Source: an uncultured Methylomirabilota bacterium (GTDB lineage: Bacteria; Methylomirabilota; Methylomirabilia; Methylomirabilales; 2-02-FULL-66-22). Taken from it: a stretch of DNA of 64,000 nt. Shown here in pieces: positions 1-10,869 of this stretch; within the stretch, counting starts at the first letter, position 1, and each line of letters opens with the position of its first letter. The position numbers were made by a program, and so were the translations under genes. The stretch covers positions 160,001 to 224,000 of the forward strand of contig CAWJSJ010000002.1 in NCBI GenBank assembly GCA_963845565.1, in the 5' to 3' direction. The notes below the pieces were generated by a model that was not told the DNA's origin, did not search any database, and saw only the letters and a program-made list of their open reading frames with translations.

Positions 1-1
1 C

Positions 2-166
2 TTCGGCGCCACCATCTGCGGCGGACTGGTCGGCGACCTGCTGCGCGAAGCGACGCCGGAGGCCGAGGAGCAGCGGAAAGCCCGCTGCCGCCAATACACA
101 CTCGCGGCGGTGCGCCTGTGCCTCGACACGCTGGATCGTCACGGGAAGGCGTCGCCCGGGCAGTAG
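2..166 (+). CDS. 3' fragment of a probable C-GCAxxG-C-C family protein (truncated by window start)
   Basis: Own translation of frame 2: FGATICGGLVGDLLREATPEAEEQRKARCRQYTLAAVRLCLDTL...* (TAG 164-166). The FGxxxC...C..Y...A pattern resembles the family C-terminus. Confidence 0.5.
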   Translation, partial: FGATICGGLVGDLLREATPEAEEQRKARCRQYTLAAVRLCLDTLDRHGKASPGQ

Positions 167-225
167 GTCGGGCGGAGTGACAGCCTGAGCGGGCCGGCGG
201 CCCCGGTTGACGGACCGGGCTTGCC

Positions 226-1062
226 ATGGTACCCATGGGTATGAAACGCCTCGGCACTGCACTCGTCTTCGCGTGTCTCGTCGGCCTTCTCGCCACGCCG
301 GTACGGGCGCAGGATTTGCCCGTCTTCGATGCGCACATCCATTACAGCCAGCCGGATTGGTCGGTGTACTCCCCCGACGCCATCCTCGCGCTCTTCGACA
401 AGACCGGGGTGCGCTGGGCCTTCGTGTCCAGCACACCGGATGACGGTACGGTCCGTCTGTACGACAAGGCGCCGGACCGGATCGTGCCGGTTCTGCGCCC
501 CTATCGCACTCGAGCGGACATGGGCACCTGGACGACGGACGCCTCCATCGTCTCGTACGTAAGGGAGCGCCTGCAGCGGCCGATCTACAAGGGACTCGGA
601 GAGTTCCATCTGTCGGCCTCCCAGGCCGCGGACCCCACAGTCAAGGAGTTGGTGACGCTGGGCGCACGGCACGGCCTGTTTCTGTACGCCCACACGGATG
701 CCGCCGGCATCGAGGAGTTGCTACGGCTCTATCCGCAGGTACGATGGCTCTGGGCGCACGCGGGGCTGGGCGAGCCGTTCGAGGCCGTCGCCCGCGTGGC
801 CGACCGGAATCCCGCGCTGTTGATCGAGCTGTCGTTGAAATCCGAGGTCGCCGCCGCCGGACAGCTTGACCCGCGGTGGAGGGATCTGTTTCTGCGCCAC
901 CCGGACCGGTTCATGGTGGGAACCGATACCTGGATCACCCCGCAGTGGGATCGCTTCCCGGAGATCCAGGCGACCGTCCGGGGCTGGCTCGGCCAGCTTC
1001 CCCGGGATGTCGCCGAGAAGATCGCCTACCGGAACGCCCGAAAGTTCATCGGCCTTCCCTGA
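226..1062 (+). CDS. Secreted amidohydrolase-family (TIM-barrel metallohydrolase) protein
   Basis: Signal peptide-like N-terminus (…TPVRA/QD), DAHIHY metal motif, GEFH, WAHAG and GTD motifs. Confidence 0.8.
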   Translation: MVPMGMKRLGTALVFACLVGLLATPVRAQDLPVFDAHIHYSQPDWSVYSPDAILALFDKTGVRWAFVSSTPDDGTVRLYDKAPDRIVPVLRPYRTRADMGTWTTDASIVSYVRERLQRPIYKGLGEFHLSASQAADPTVKELVTLGARHGLFLYAHTDAAGIEELLRLYPQVRWLWAHAGLGEPFEAVARVADRNPALLIELSLKSEVAAAGQLDPRWRDLFLRHPDRFMVGTDTWITPQWDRFPEIQATVRGWLGQLPRDVAEKIAYRNARKFIGLP

Positions 1063-1255
1063 TCGCGCGCGGCCGAAACCGGCGCGCCCCGAACGCCCTG
1101 CCCGTCAGGTCAGTTTTCGATCGCAGGATTTCTGCTTGACGCCTCGTCAGGCCTCGACCGATACTCGCGTCGCCAGGGTGCTGGTGGGCACCGCGATGGA
1201 CTGTGGGCGCCCCACCCGCACCTTTCTTTCAGCCCGCACGCCTCCCGGAGGACCC

Positions 1256-2905
1256 ATGAGTCTGCATCCGCTCGCCGGCATGCCAGTCCCGGCCTCGCTC
1301 GTCATCAACGTTCCCCGGCTCGTCAGCGACTATTTCAGCCTGCATCCGGATTCGACCGACAAGAGCCAACTGGTGGCATTCGGGACATCGGGCCACCGAG
1401 GGGTCTCGCACAAGGGCACCTTTAACGAGGATCACATCCTGGCGATCGCCCAGGCCACGGCGGAACACCGGCGGGCCAAGGGGGTCACCGGCCCCCTCTT
1501 TCTCGGCATCGACACCCATGCCCTCTCCGAGCCCGCCTTCGTCTCCGCCCTCGAGGTCTTCGCGGCGAACGGCGTGGAGGTCCGGATCCAGCGCGGGCGC
1601 GGCTACACGCCGACCCCGGTCATTTCCCACGCCATTCTGGCGCATAACCGGGGCCGTGCGTCCGGTCTGGCCGACGGGGTGGTCGTCACGCCGTCGCACA
1701 ACCCGCCCGACAACGGCGGATTCAAATACAACCCACCGCAGGGCGGCCCGGCGGACACCGACGAGACTGCGATCATCGAGACCCGGGCCAACGCACTCCT
1801 GGCGGGAGGGAATCGCGAGGTCAAGCGTATCTCGCTCGCGGCGGCACTCCGCGCCTCCACGACGCGCGAGCACGATTATCTCGAACCCTACGTCGCCGAT
1901 CTCGCCGGCGTGGTGGATTTCGACGCCATCCGCGCGAGCCGCATCCGGATCGGCGTTGACCCCATGGGCGGTGCGGGACTGGCCTTCTGGGAGCCCATCG
2001 CCACCCGCTATCGGCTCGACCTCACGGTCGTCAACCCGCGCCTGGACCCCACTTTCGCCTTCATGACCATGGACCACGACGGCAAGGTGCGGATGGACTG
2101 CTCCTCCCCGTATGCCATGGCCGGCCTGATCGGTCTCAAGGATCGTTTCGACGTCGCCTGCGGGAACGACCCCGACACCGACCGCCACGGCATCGTCACG
2201 CGGTCGGGCCTGATGAACCCGAACCACTACCTGGCCGTGGCCATCTGGCACCTGTTCCAGCACCGCCCGGGTTGGCGCCCAGATGCCGCCATCGGCAAGA
2301 CACTGGTCTCCAGTGCCATCATCGATCGCGTGGCGCGATCGCTCAACCGCCGACTGTGCGAGGTGCCGGTCGGGTTCAAGTGGTTCGTGCCGGGTCTGCT
2401 GGACGGGAGCTTCGGATTCGGCGGCGAGGAGAGCGCCGGCGCCTCCTTCCTGCGCCGGGACGGCTCTGTCTGGACCACCGACAAGGACGGGATCATCCTG
2501 GGACTGCTCGCGGCCGAGATCATGGCAACCGCCGGGAAGGATCCGGCGCAGATCTACCAGGAATTGACGCAGCGATTCGGCGCGCCGGTGTACGCCCGGA
2601 TCGACGCGCCCGCCAGCGCGAGGCAACGGCAGATACTCAAGGCTCTCTCGGCCGGTGACGTCCGCGCCACCTCGCTCGCCGGTGAGCCGATCCTCGATCG
2701 GCTCACCCACGCGCCCGGTAACGGAGAGGCGATCGGCGGCCTCAAGGTCGTGGCCGAGAACGGCTGGTTCGCGGCGCGCCCGTCGGGCACCGAGGACATC
2801 TACAAGATCTACGCGGAGAGCTTCAAGGGCGCCGACCACCTGCGGCGCATCCAGGCGGAGGCGCAGGCCATCGTCTCCGCCACCTTCGCGGCAGCCGGCG
2901 CCTAG
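1256..2905 (+). CDS. pgm: Phosphoglucomutase (alpha-D-glucose-1,6-bisphosphate-dependent)
   Basis: [15 protein letters not shown] phosphoserine loop, NDPDTDRH metal loop, GEESAG, RPSGTE; GGAGGA RBS before ATG 1256. Confidence 0.95.
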   Translation: MSLHPLAGMPVPASLVINVPRLVSDYFSLHPDSTDKSQLVAFGTSGHRGVSHKGTFNEDHILAIAQATAEHRRAKGVTGPLFLGIDTHALSEPAFVSALEVFAANGVEVRIQRGRGYTPTPVISHAILAHNRGRASGLADGVVVTPSHNPPDNGGFKYNPPQGGPADTDETAIIETRANALLAGGNREVKRISLAAALRASTTREHDYLEPYVADLAGVVDFDAIRASRIRIGVDPMGGAGLAFWEPIATRYRLDLTVVNPRLDPTFAFMTMDHDGKVRMDCSSPYAMAGLIGLKDRFDVACGNDPDTDRHGIVTRSGLMNPNHYLAVAIWHLFQHRPGWRPDAAIGKTLVSSAIIDRVARSLNRRLCEVPVGFKWFVPGLLDGSFGFGGEESAGASFLRRDGSVWTTDKDGIILGLLAAEIMATAGKDPAQIYQELTQRFGAPVYARIDAPASARQRQILKALSAGDVRATSLAGEPILDRLTHAPGNGEAIGGLKVVAENGWFAARPSGTEDIYKIYAESFKGADHLRRIQAEAQAIVSATFAAAGA

Positions 2906-3034
2906 GAGGTACGGTGCCCATCACGGCGCCTTGGATGGTGGCGAGCCAGGTTTCCGTAGGTAGAGTGAACTTTCGGCGACCGGGAGAACTGGCGCGACGC
3001 CTCTTAGCAGAGCGCCGAAAAACCCATTTTCGCC

Positions 3035-3158
3035 CAGGCTGCTCAAAAGGGCCCAGATGCAAGGCGGCGCGCGACGGGCCGAGTGAGGCGTACTAGGGTA
3101 CGCCGCAGCGAGTGCCCAAGCAAGCCAACGCGGCGGATGGGCCCTTTTCAGTAGCCTG
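3035..3158 (+). repeat. Palindromic intergenic repeat family R1, copy 1
   Basis: CAGGCTGCTCAAAAGGGCCCA...GGCGTAC-tagg-GTACGCC...TGGGCCCTTTTCAGTAGCCTG; four further homologous copies in the window. Confidence 0.9.
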
Positions 3159-3968
3159 TTAGCGATCCCACCAGATCAGCGCCGACCGCATGCCGTCGGG
3201 CCAGCGGTAGCCGCCCTCTCCGAAGGTCAGGCGGCGGGTGAGGATTTCGAGGATCGTGGCATCGTGGCGATCGTCGTCGAGGCGCAGGTGCCGCTTGGCC
3301 CGAGCGACGGCGTCGTCGAGCGTGGGATCCTTCCAGACGCGGACCGGCTTCGGCTCCATCAGGACATTGGGGTGGTATCCCGCCGACAAGAGCAGGTTGT
3401 ACCCCACGATGAAGTTCGGGCTGTCGTGCCACCGGCCATGAAACTTCTGGCTCAACTCGCCGATCACGCCGTCGTGGGCAGGCAAGCGGAGCGCCAGATA
3501 ACAGGTCTGCCTGGCGCACGTCTCCATCTTCCGCACGAAGCCGAGTAAGTCTGGAGTCGTGTAGGTCGCATGAATGGCGATGGCAACGTCGTGGGGCGGC
3601 ACGGCGGCCGTGAGCCAGGGCGTACCCACCACGTCCAGGTTACCGATGTCCTGCGCCGCGGCCCGCTCGACCAGCACCTGGCGCATACCCTGGAGCGGCT
3701 CGACGGCGGTGACGCGGCGCACTTTCCTGGCGATAGGCAGGGTCCAGCGGCCGATCCCCGCGCCGATATCAAGCACCGTCATCTCTGGGATGAGCCGACC
3801 GAGGACGTGATCCAGAAGCGGGTCCGGGGCGTGCCCTCCCTCCCCATCCAGCTTCCGCGCCACGCCGCGCCAGCGCTCGACCATCTGCGCCGCGCCCTCC
3901 TCGCTCGCCTGGAGGTCGCACGACGCCAGCTCCCGCCAGAGTTCAGGCCAGTCCATTGGAATCGTCAT
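3159..3968 (-). CDS. Class I SAM-dependent methyltransferase
   Basis: VLDIGAGIG motif I and VTAVEP. Start set at MTIPMDW; the longer ORF-track N-terminus is an off-frame read of the permease. Confidence 0.85.
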   Translation of the reverse strand: MTIPMDWPELWRELASCDLQASEEGAAQMVERWRGVARKLDGEGGHAPDPLLDHVLGRLIPEMTVLDIGAGIGRWTLPIARKVRRVTAVEPLQGMRQVLVERAAAQDIGNLDVVGTPWLTAAVPPHDVAIAIHATYTTPDLLGFVRKMETCARQTCYLALRLPAHDGVIGELSQKFHGRWHDSPNFIVGYNLLLSAGYHPNVLMEPKPVRVWKDPTLDDAVARAKRHLRLDDDRHDATILEILTRRLTFGEGGYRWPDGMRSALIWWDR

Positions 3969-4073
3969 ACGAACACCCCTGCGTCCAGCGGCCTCGTGAA
4001 GGCGGAGATGGTCTGGGGCGCGGGCGTGGAAAAGCATAAGGGCTCGGAACCGTCCCGCCTCCCGAGCCCTCGG

Positions 4074-4102
4074 CTGATCGCTGATCGCCGAACGGCCGAC
4101 CG
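4074..4102. repeat. Short degenerate heptamer tandem repeat (GCTGATC/GCCGAAC/GCCGACC)
   Basis: gctgatc gctgatc gccgaac ggccgac c, directly after the permease stop. Confidence 0.5.
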
Positions 4103-4948
4103 CTACCCCTTCACCGCCCCCGCCGTCAGCCCCGACACATAGTACTTCACAAAGAACGAGTAGATGAGGGCGATCGGGAAGGAACCGAGGACCGCAGCCG
4201 CCATGAGCGAGCCCCAGAACAGCGTATCGGCCTTGATCAGATCGCTCACCACCCCTACGGGGATGGTCTTCATCGAGCCGGAGGACATGAAGATGAGGGC
4301 GTAAAGAAACTCGTTCCAGCACAGGGTGAAGCAAAAGATCCCCGCCGAAAGGAGACCGGGAACGGACAGCGGCAGGATCATCCGCACCAGGATCTGCAGC
4401 CGCGAGCAGCCATCCGCCATGGCACTCTCCTCGATCTCCCTGGGGATCGTGCGGAAGTATCCCATCAGGAGCCAGGAGGCGAACGGGATGAGCTGCGTGG
4501 GATACGTCAGGATCAGCGCCCAGTAGGTATTGTAGATACCAAGCGTGGCAATGACCTGCGCGAGGGGAAGAAACAGAAGCGTGGGCGGGACGAGGTACGC
4601 CAGGAAGATCCCTACGCCCAGAAAATTGCTCCCGGGGAACCGGAGGCGAGCCAGCGCATAACCGATGAAGACGCTGCAAGAGAGCGACAGGATCGTGGAG
4701 ACCACCGAGACGATCAGCGTGTTTTTCAACCATTCGTTGAACGCGGTCTCGCGGAACAAATAGGTGTAGTTCTCCCAGGTGAACTGCTGAATCCAAAAGG
4801 GGTTGAACTTCATTTCGAACAGGTCGTTCGTCGGTTTGAAGGAGACGATGGCCATCCAGTAGAACGGAAACAGTAGGAAGACGAGATAAAACACGAGCGG
4901 CAGGTAGATATTGAGCAGCCGGTTGCTCAGTCGTTCACTTCCAACCAT
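4103..4948 (-). CDS. Carbohydrate ABC transporter permease (MalG-like)
   Basis: EESAMADGCS EAA loop, WNEFL, multiple TM segments. Confidence 0.92.
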   Translation of the reverse strand: MVGSERLSNRLLNIYLPLVFYLVFLLFPFYWMAIVSFKPTNDLFEMKFNPFWIQQFTWENYTYLFRETAFNEWLKNTLIVSVVSTILSLSCSVFIGYALARLRFPGSNFLGVGIFLAYLVPPTLLFLPLAQVIATLGIYNTYWALILTYPTQLIPFASWLLMGYFRTIPREIEESAMADGCSRLQILVRMILPLSVPGLLSAGIFCFTLCWNEFLYALIFMSSGSMKTIPVGVVSDLIKADTLFWGSLMAAAVLGSFPIALIYSFFVKYYVSGLTAGAVKG

Positions 4949-4949
4949 G

Positions 4950-5894
4950 CTATTCCTCCCGCCGCAGGTACACCAAGAGAATCACCGCAAACACGGACAA
5001 GATCGGGAACATGTACAGGGCGATGGCCGCCCCCATGCCGATCTCCGTCGCGGACAAGCCGATCTGGTAGGCGTACGTCCCGAAAATGTGCGTCTGGTTG
5101 GCGGGTCCGCCCTTGGTGAGAACATAGATCAATTGGAAGTCCGCGAACGTCCAGATGACGGACAGGAGAGACGCGATCAGGACGACCCCCTTGATATGGG
5201 GTACGGTCACGTGCCGGAACCGGTGCCACAAGCCAGCCCCATCAATGGCTGCCGCCTCGTGCAGTTCGTTGGGCACGGCTTGGAGCCCGGCCAGGATGGT
5301 GATGCCGAAGAACGGGACACCGCGCCAGATGTTGGCCAGACAGACCGACGAGATGGCCAGCATGGGGTCCCCCAGGAAGTTGATGTTCGTCTTGATGAGG
5401 CCGAGATTCTTGAAGAGCCACGAAATTGGGCTGAACACCGGATCGAAGATCATGAACCACCCGAGGGTGGACAACGCCGTCGGCACAATCCAAGGCATCA
5501 TCACCGCCGCCCGGATCGGGTTACTGAACTTCATGTGGTTGTTCAGCAACAGGGCCAAGCCCAGACCCAGGGCCGCCTTGAACGGCACCGTCACCATGGC
5601 GTAGACGAGCGTATTCCACGCCGTTTGGTGGAAGATGGTATCGGTCAGGAGATCGGCGAAGTTCCTGAGGCCGATGAATTTTCCGAGGCCTCGTCCGATT
5701 GCGCTATCCGTGAGGGACAGCCAAATCCCCAGGAAGAACGGATAGGCCATGAAGACCATGAGGAGCAGGGCGCCCGGCAGCATAAGGATGACGCCCAGGC
5801 TCGACTCGCGCTCCAGCAGCGATCCCGTCGTGACGGCGGTGCCGCGTAACTCCCCCTTACGGGCCAATGCACCCTCCAAAGCGAGGGCAGTCAC
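4950..5894 (-). CDS. Carbohydrate ABC transporter permease (MalF/UgpA-like); start uncertain (GTG 5894 or TTG 5933)
   Basis: EAAAIDGA loop, FIGLRNF, LTKGGP. Confidence 0.9.
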   Translation of the reverse strand: MTALALEGALARKGELRGTAVTTGSLLERESSLGVILMLPGALLLMVFMAYPFFLGIWLSLTDSAIGRGLGKFIGLRNFADLLTDTIFHQTAWNTLVYAMVTVPFKAALGLGLALLLNNHMKFSNPIRAAVMMPWIVPTALSTLGWFMIFDPVFSPISWLFKNLGLIKTNINFLGDPMLAISSVCLANIWRGVPFFGITILAGLQAVPNELHEAAAIDGAGLWHRFRHVTVPHIKGVVLIASLLSVIWTFADFQLIYVLTKGGPANQTHIFGTYAYQIGLSATEIGMGAAIALYMFPILSVFAVILLVYLRREE

Positions 5895-5944
5895 GCTGCG
5901 TGGCGTGACTGCCCTTCGTTCCCGTTCACGCAATCAAACTAAAG

Positions 5945-5979
5945 TCAGACGGCGCGGACTTACGGTCCGCGCCGTCTGA
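5945..5979 (-). terminator. Perfect 15-bp stem-loop between the binding-protein and permease genes
   Basis: TCAGACGGCGCGGAC-ttacg-GTCCGCGCCGTCTGA, followed on the minus strand by CTTTAGTTT. Confidence 0.65.
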
Positions 5980-5989
5980 AAGCGAATCC

Positions 5990-7321
5990 CTAGACGCCGT
6001 ACACCCGCTTGAGCTGCTCGGCGCCCCACTCGATGGACGCCTTGGCATCACCGCTCTGCACAGCCTTGGCGAAGGTGTCCACAATGATGTACTTGGACCA
6101 GGCGAGAGACGCCTTCTCGTTCGGCGGCCCAGGCCAACCCACGTCTACTCCGTACTTGGGCTGCTCGCGGAAGGGGAGCATCTTCGGATCCTTCGTCCAG
6201 ACCGGATCATTGTAGTACTTGGTCACCGCTTGCAGCATGTAGCCTTCCTGCAACCGCCACCAGGCGCCGTACTGTTCGTCCTGGAACCACCATTTCAAGA
6301 ACTCCTTAGCGCCAGCCACGTTCTTGGAGTTCTTGAGGATGGCGAAGGTCCGACTCCCCAGCCAGTAGAACCGGCCGGCTGGCCCCTTCGGGATCAGGAT
6401 GTGGTGGGTGTCCTTGGCGATCTCCGGCTTGTCCTTCTTAGCGGCGAAATAGATGCTGGACCCGTTGTAGGTACTGGAGATCTGCTCGGACAGGTAGGCC
6501 CGGTTGTTGTTGCTGTCATCCCAGGAGGTGCCCGTCGTGTCGTAGCCATCTTTCCAGGCCTGGATGAACTTCCGCATGCCCTCGACGAATTCCGGCTTGT
6601 TGAACTGGACCGACTTCCCGTCTTTGTCGATTTCCATGGCCCCATGGGCCCACATGTAAGGATAGACGTACCCCGGCGGATCACCCGTGCTGTGCCCCAG
6701 TGCCTGGCCGAAGGGCTTCCCCTTTGCCTTGCACTTCTTGGCGATATCGAAGTACTGATCCCACGTCAGATCAACCTTGGCGCCATCCTCGGCGTTGGCC
6801 ACGCCAACTTCCTTGAACAGGTTGATTCGATAGGCCATGGACGCATTCGACATGCCATGCGGGATACCCAGATATCGGCCGTTCACCGGCGCGGAGTTTG
6901 CGACGTACTTCTCGAAACCGCCTCCCGCCTTGGCGAAGGCCTCCGCCTCCGGCGTCAGGTCCACCAGGTTGTCCTTGTACAGGTGATTCCAGGACGGCCA
7001 CAACTCCACGATGTCCACGCCGCCGGCCTGGATAGCCGCCGCGATCTTCGGCTGCAGGTCGGGCCAGTTCAGGAAGTCGGCACTCATTTCGACGCCGTTC
7101 GCCTGACCCCATGCCGCGGCCTGCTTCTTGTAAAGGTCTTGCCCGGGGGCGATGAAGTACGTCCCCTGCAGGACCGTCAGCTTCGTCCCCTTGAGGACCG
7201 CCGGTGCCTGACCGAACACCGTATTCGGCATGGACCCTAGGGCGGCGACGCCCACGCCGGCGGCCCCGACCTTCAGGAACTCACGCCGACTCAGCTTCTT
7301 CCCCGTTTTCGTCTTGTCCAT
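5990..7321 (-). CDS. Extracellular solute-binding protein (family 1 type) with Tat signal
   Basis: SRREFLK twin-arginine motif; GGAGG RBS before MDKTKTG; adjacent to sugar permeases. Confidence 0.9.
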   Translation of the reverse strand: MDKTKTGKKLSRREFLKVGAAGVGVAALGSMPNTVFGQAPAVLKGTKLTVLQGTYFIAPGQDLYKKQAAAWGQANGVEMSADFLNWPDLQPKIAAAIQAGGVDIVELWPSWNHLYKDNLVDLTPEAEAFAKAGGGFEKYVANSAPVNGRYLGIPHGMSNASMAYRINLFKEVGVANAEDGAKVDLTWDQYFDIAKKCKAKGKPFGQALGHSTGDPPGYVYPYMWAHGAMEIDKDGKSVQFNKPEFVEGMRKFIQAWKDGYDTTGTSWDDSNNNRAYLSEQISSTYNGSSIYFAAKKDKPEIAKDTHHILIPKGPAGRFYWLGSRTFAILKNSKNVAGAKEFLKWWFQDEQYGAWWRLQEGYMLQAVTKYYNDPVWTKDPKMLPFREQPKYGVDVGWPGPPNEKASLAWSKYIIVDTFAKAVQSGDAKASIEWGAEQLKRVYGV

Positions 7322-7678
7322 CCAGAACCTCCTTTGGAAGTCATTGCTGGCTTCTCCGTCATCCATGCTTCCCGCTTGCGGGCTGCGAAACCCACTCACC
7401 CCCTTTCCTGACGCGGTTCCCTGCTACCCTCAATACCGATGGAGCGCTCAATAGGACGTGACACCCAACGTGCTTATTCGCGGGCTCCGTTGAAAGGGGA
7501 ACGCCACCACGGCCCGAACCTGGCAGCCACCCGGTGAAACGTGCACTTGTAGCAAACCTATCCTTGTCGGCAGGCACGTGTCAAGGGGATTTGGAGGAAG
7601 GGCCGAATCTGCGCTTATCCCGAAGCGGCATCGGACACAACGGGTTGCCGCCCGGTCCCGCGAACGCCTACCCGACGG

Positions 7679-8614
7679 TCATGCATCCAGCCCCTCCGGG
7701 TGGAGCGGCTGATGCTCGCGCCCCTTCATCAGCATCATGAGCGCCTCGCTGCATGGGGCGGCGAGGCCGAGCCGGCGGCTCTCCCGGGCGACGTAACCGT
7801 TCAGGGCGTCGATCTCGGTCCGCCGGCCCCGCTCTAGGTGCTGGAGCATCGACACGCGATGGAACTTCTTGGCACAATAGGCCTTGATGGTGTGCAGGGG
7901 ATCGGCATCGGGAAGCGTGACTCCCTTGGCCCGCACCAAGGCGATGGTCTCTTCGATGATGCGGCTCTGGAACTCGTCCAGCTCCTTCACCTCGCGGATA
8001 TGCCCCGGGCGCAGGTTCGTGATGGCGCAAATGGCGTTTATGCCGCAGTTGTGCACGAACTTGCCCCAGATGGTTACCATGATGTCCGGTTCGAGGACGG
8101 GCTCTAGGCCGGCGCGCGTGAAGAGATTTGCGATGGCCGCCAGCCGCGGGCTTCGCGAGCGGTCCAGTTCGCCAAGGTACGTCGGCCCCTGGTTCGTGTG
8201 CGTCACCCGCCCCGGAGCCTTGAGGTCGCCGCTGTGGAAGCTCAGGCCGGCCATGACGCGGCCGGCGCCGAGAACCTCCGTCAGGATCTCGACATTCCCC
8301 ACCCCATTTTGCAGGGTCAGGGCGTACCCGGATTCCTTGAGCACGACCCCGGCCGCTCGAGCCGCATCGGGCGTGTTGTACGTGTTGACGCAAATCACGG
8401 CGACGTCCGCCTTGGGCGCCTCGGCCGGATCGGTCGTCGCCCCCACCGGTGCGGTGAACTCTCCGTGGAGCCCGTCCATTCGGAGCCCGTGCGCCCGGAT
8501 CTGACGCACGTGCTCCTCCCAGACGTCGATCAGCGTGACCTGTTCCCCGACCCTGGCCAGATTTCCCCCGTAGACACACCCCATGTTTCCGGCGCCGATG
8601 ACCGCAATCTGCAT
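7679..8614 (-). CDS. Ketopantoate reductase (PanE/ApbA) family oxidoreductase
   Basis: IGAGNMG, LQNGVGN, WGKFVHNCGIN, SMLQH...RRTEIDALNG. Confidence 0.88.
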   Translation of the reverse strand: MQIAVIGAGNMGCVYGGNLARVGEQVTLIDVWEEHVRQIRAHGLRMDGLHGEFTAPVGATTDPAEAPKADVAVICVNTYNTPDAARAAGVVLKESGYALTLQNGVGNVEILTEVLGAGRVMAGLSFHSGDLKAPGRVTHTNQGPTYLGELDRSRSPRLAAIANLFTRAGLEPVLEPDIMVTIWGKFVHNCGINAICAITNLRPGHIREVKELDEFQSRIIEETIALVRAKGVTLPDADPLHTIKAYCAKKFHRVSMLQHLERGRRTEIDALNGYVARESRRLGLAAPCSEALMMLMKGREHQPLHPEGLDA

Positions 8615-8772
8615 ACCGATTCTCCCTTGTCCGCCGCTCGCCCACCCGTCACCGGCGGCGGAACGCCGCCCTGAGGCCACCAGGTCATCCTGATCGTCAA
8701 GCTGGCGATGGGAATCCGGCGATCTTCCTTGCCTCTTCGCAGGACGAGAGGCCCGCGACCGCTCGGGCGGGG

Positions 8773-9657
8773 TCAGGCGGCCCAGATTTTCGGGAAGGAC
8801 ACCCGCATGGTGAATCCAGCCTGGGGATGATTGTGGCAGGTGCAGACCTGCACGTCCCCCCGAACGCTCAGGAGCATCAGCGCGTCGGCTCGGCTGAGCT
8901 GCAGCCGTTCCCGCAGGATGCCGACCATCTCCTCCACCGCGATGCGCATAGTCTCCAGGCAATCGGCGTGCGCCGCCATGGTGCCGACGCGCCCCTCCCG
9001 CTCCAGCCGGGGCCAGCGGAGCGCCATACCCTTTTTCAGTCCGACCCGCAGGGTCACCTCGGACGGCAGATCGAACCCGCCCCCGGACAGCTCCCCATCC
9101 CCCATGCTGGCATGGACATCCCCGAGGCCGAAGAGTGCTCCCGGCACATTCACCGGCAGGAACACGGTCGCCCCGGGCGCCACATCGTTGTTGTCCATGT
9201 TGCCGCCGTGCGACCCGGCGTACATGTTGCTGACCGGCTCCCCGGCCGGCGCCGTGCCGATGGTCCCGATCATCGGCCGGATCGGGAAGCGGATCTCGGG
9301 CGTGAACACCACGTCGTTCCCCTCGACCCGGAGGATCTTCGCCTGGGAACGGTCCACCACCCCCGTGACGAGGCCCCAGGTCGGTCGGATCGTGGTGTAA
9401 CCCAGGGGGCCCGGCCGGATCTCCAGGATGTCCAGGGTCAGCGCGTCGCCGGGCTCGGCCCCCTCCACCGCGACGGGCCCCGTGGCCGGGTTCGGTCGGA
9501 ACCGTTCCGTGTAGTAGCGGTCCGCCTCGCTCCGGATCGTCCCGTCGTGGGAGTCTTCGGTCTCCAGGCAAAGGACATCGCCCGGCCGCACGGTGACGAC
9601 CGGCGGGATGCTCTTGTCAAACGCGCCGAACGTCTTGTCGCGCCCAACACGTATCAT
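8773..9657 (-). CDS. Acetamidase/formamidase family protein
   Basis: NPATGPVAVEGAEPGD, HGGNMD, GDVHASMGDGE. Confidence 0.9.
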   Translation of the reverse strand: MIRVGRDKTFGAFDKSIPPVVTVRPGDVLCLETEDSHDGTIRSEADRYYTERFRPNPATGPVAVEGAEPGDALTLDILEIRPGPLGYTTIRPTWGLVTGVVDRSQAKILRVEGNDVVFTPEIRFPIRPMIGTIGTAPAGEPVSNMYAGSHGGNMDNNDVAPGATVFLPVNVPGALFGLGDVHASMGDGELSGGGFDLPSEVTLRVGLKKGMALRWPRLEREGRVGTMAAHADCLETMRIAVEEMVGILRERLQLSRADALMLLSVRGDVQVCTCHNHPQAGFTMRVSFPKIWAA

Positions 9658-9761
9658 ACTCACCTCGGCGCGAGGATTCGTACTTCTCGAAACCTCGCCG
9701 AAAGATTCGGTTGATCGTGTCCCGTGTGCGTCTTGTGCGTCTTGTGGCGATACGATCCGGC

Positions 9762-10601
9762 TCAACCCGCGAGGAGCTGCCGGAGGTATTTCGCCGAGGT
9801 GCGCGCCACGGGCTCAGGGTCGCCCTCCGAGGCGATGACCACGGAGGCCGAGCCGGGGCGACCTTCCTCGCGGAGCACCCGGGCGATCGCCGGCCAATCC
9901 AGGACCGGTTTGTTCACCAGGACGCCGGGCGGGTAGCGGCTCGGCTCGAAGAGGTGGATGTGCTGGGCCCGACCGCGGGCCGCCCGGATCCCGGACTCGA
10001 TCGAGCGCTCGGCCCCGTAGAGCTGATGGGTATCCAGCATAGGCGCGAAGGCCGGGCTGCCGATCCGGTCCACCCACGCCATCACTTCGTCCATGGTGTT
10101 GATGTAGCTGGTGAACTCCGTCTCGGCCGCCTCCAGCAGGATGGTCGCCCCGACCCGCTCGGCGTGGGCGGCCAGCTCCCGGAAGACCTCGTCGGCCATC
10201 CGGTCCATCTCGGCCTTGGTGGCGCCCGGGATACCCTTCCCACGACAGATCCCGAGGTGGACCCGGCTCCGGAAGTATCCGCCGAAGTCGAGCATCGCCT
10301 TGAAGCCGCGGAGCGCCCGGCGACGAATCTCGGGATCTTCATGGATCAGGGCCAGCTTTTGCGCGGCGATCCGGCCTGAATTCACCACCGGCATGACGGC
10401 GCCCGTCGCGGCCAGCGCCTTCTCGAAGGCGACCGGATCGGGCACGCGCTCCGGATCGGGCATGAACTCGATGCCGTCGTACCCCCAATCCACGGCGGTC
10501 CGCCCCAATTCCTCCGGGGTACCGGTCAGCACCTTGACCAGAAAGCCCAGGGACAGGAAATCCGGCGTGGAAGCGAAGAGGCACAGGCGAATCGGTGGCA
10601 T
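9762..10601 (-). CDS. Sugar phosphate isomerase/epimerase (xylose isomerase-like TIM barrel)
   Basis: GYDGIE, LLEAAE, MLDTHQ and HIHL metal-binding pattern. Confidence 0.8.
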   Translation of the reverse strand: MPPIRLCLFASTPDFLSLGFLVKVLTGTPEELGRTAVDWGYDGIEFMPDPERVPDPVAFEKALAATGAVMPVVNSGRIAAQKLALIHEDPEIRRRALRGFKAMLDFGGYFRSRVHLGICRGKGIPGATKAEMDRMADEVFRELAAHAERVGATILLEAAETEFTSYINTMDEVMAWVDRIGSPAFAPMLDTHQLYGAERSIESGIRAARGRAQHIHLFEPSRYPPGVLVNKPVLDWPAIARVLREEGRPGSASVVIASEGDPEPVARTSAKYLRQLLAG

Positions 10602-10734
10602 GAGGGCTCCTTCCAGTGTGGGCGCGGAGGGGTTGACCTGGCTTCGGTCCGGCAACACTCGGCCCGCGGAGCGCCACTCCGGACGCCCCGCGGGCTTGCA
10701 CGCTCCTGACAAGCTGCTGAAAACTCATTCGGCC

Positions 10735-10859
10735 CAGGCCGCTCAAAAAGACCCAGATGCCAGGCGGCACGTCGCAGCCCGAGCGAGGCGTACTGGAGGT
10801 ACGTCGCAGCGAGTGGCGAGGCGGGCCAACGTCGCAGATGGGCCTTTTTCAGCGGCCGG
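10735..10859 (+). repeat. Repeat family R1, copy 2 (extra AAGCTGCTGAAAA leader at ~10711)
   Basis: CAGGCCGCTCAAAAAGACCCA...GGCGTACtggagGTACGTC...TGGGCCTTTTTCAGCGGCCGG. Confidence 0.9.
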
Positions 10860-10869
10860 CTAAGGATAC

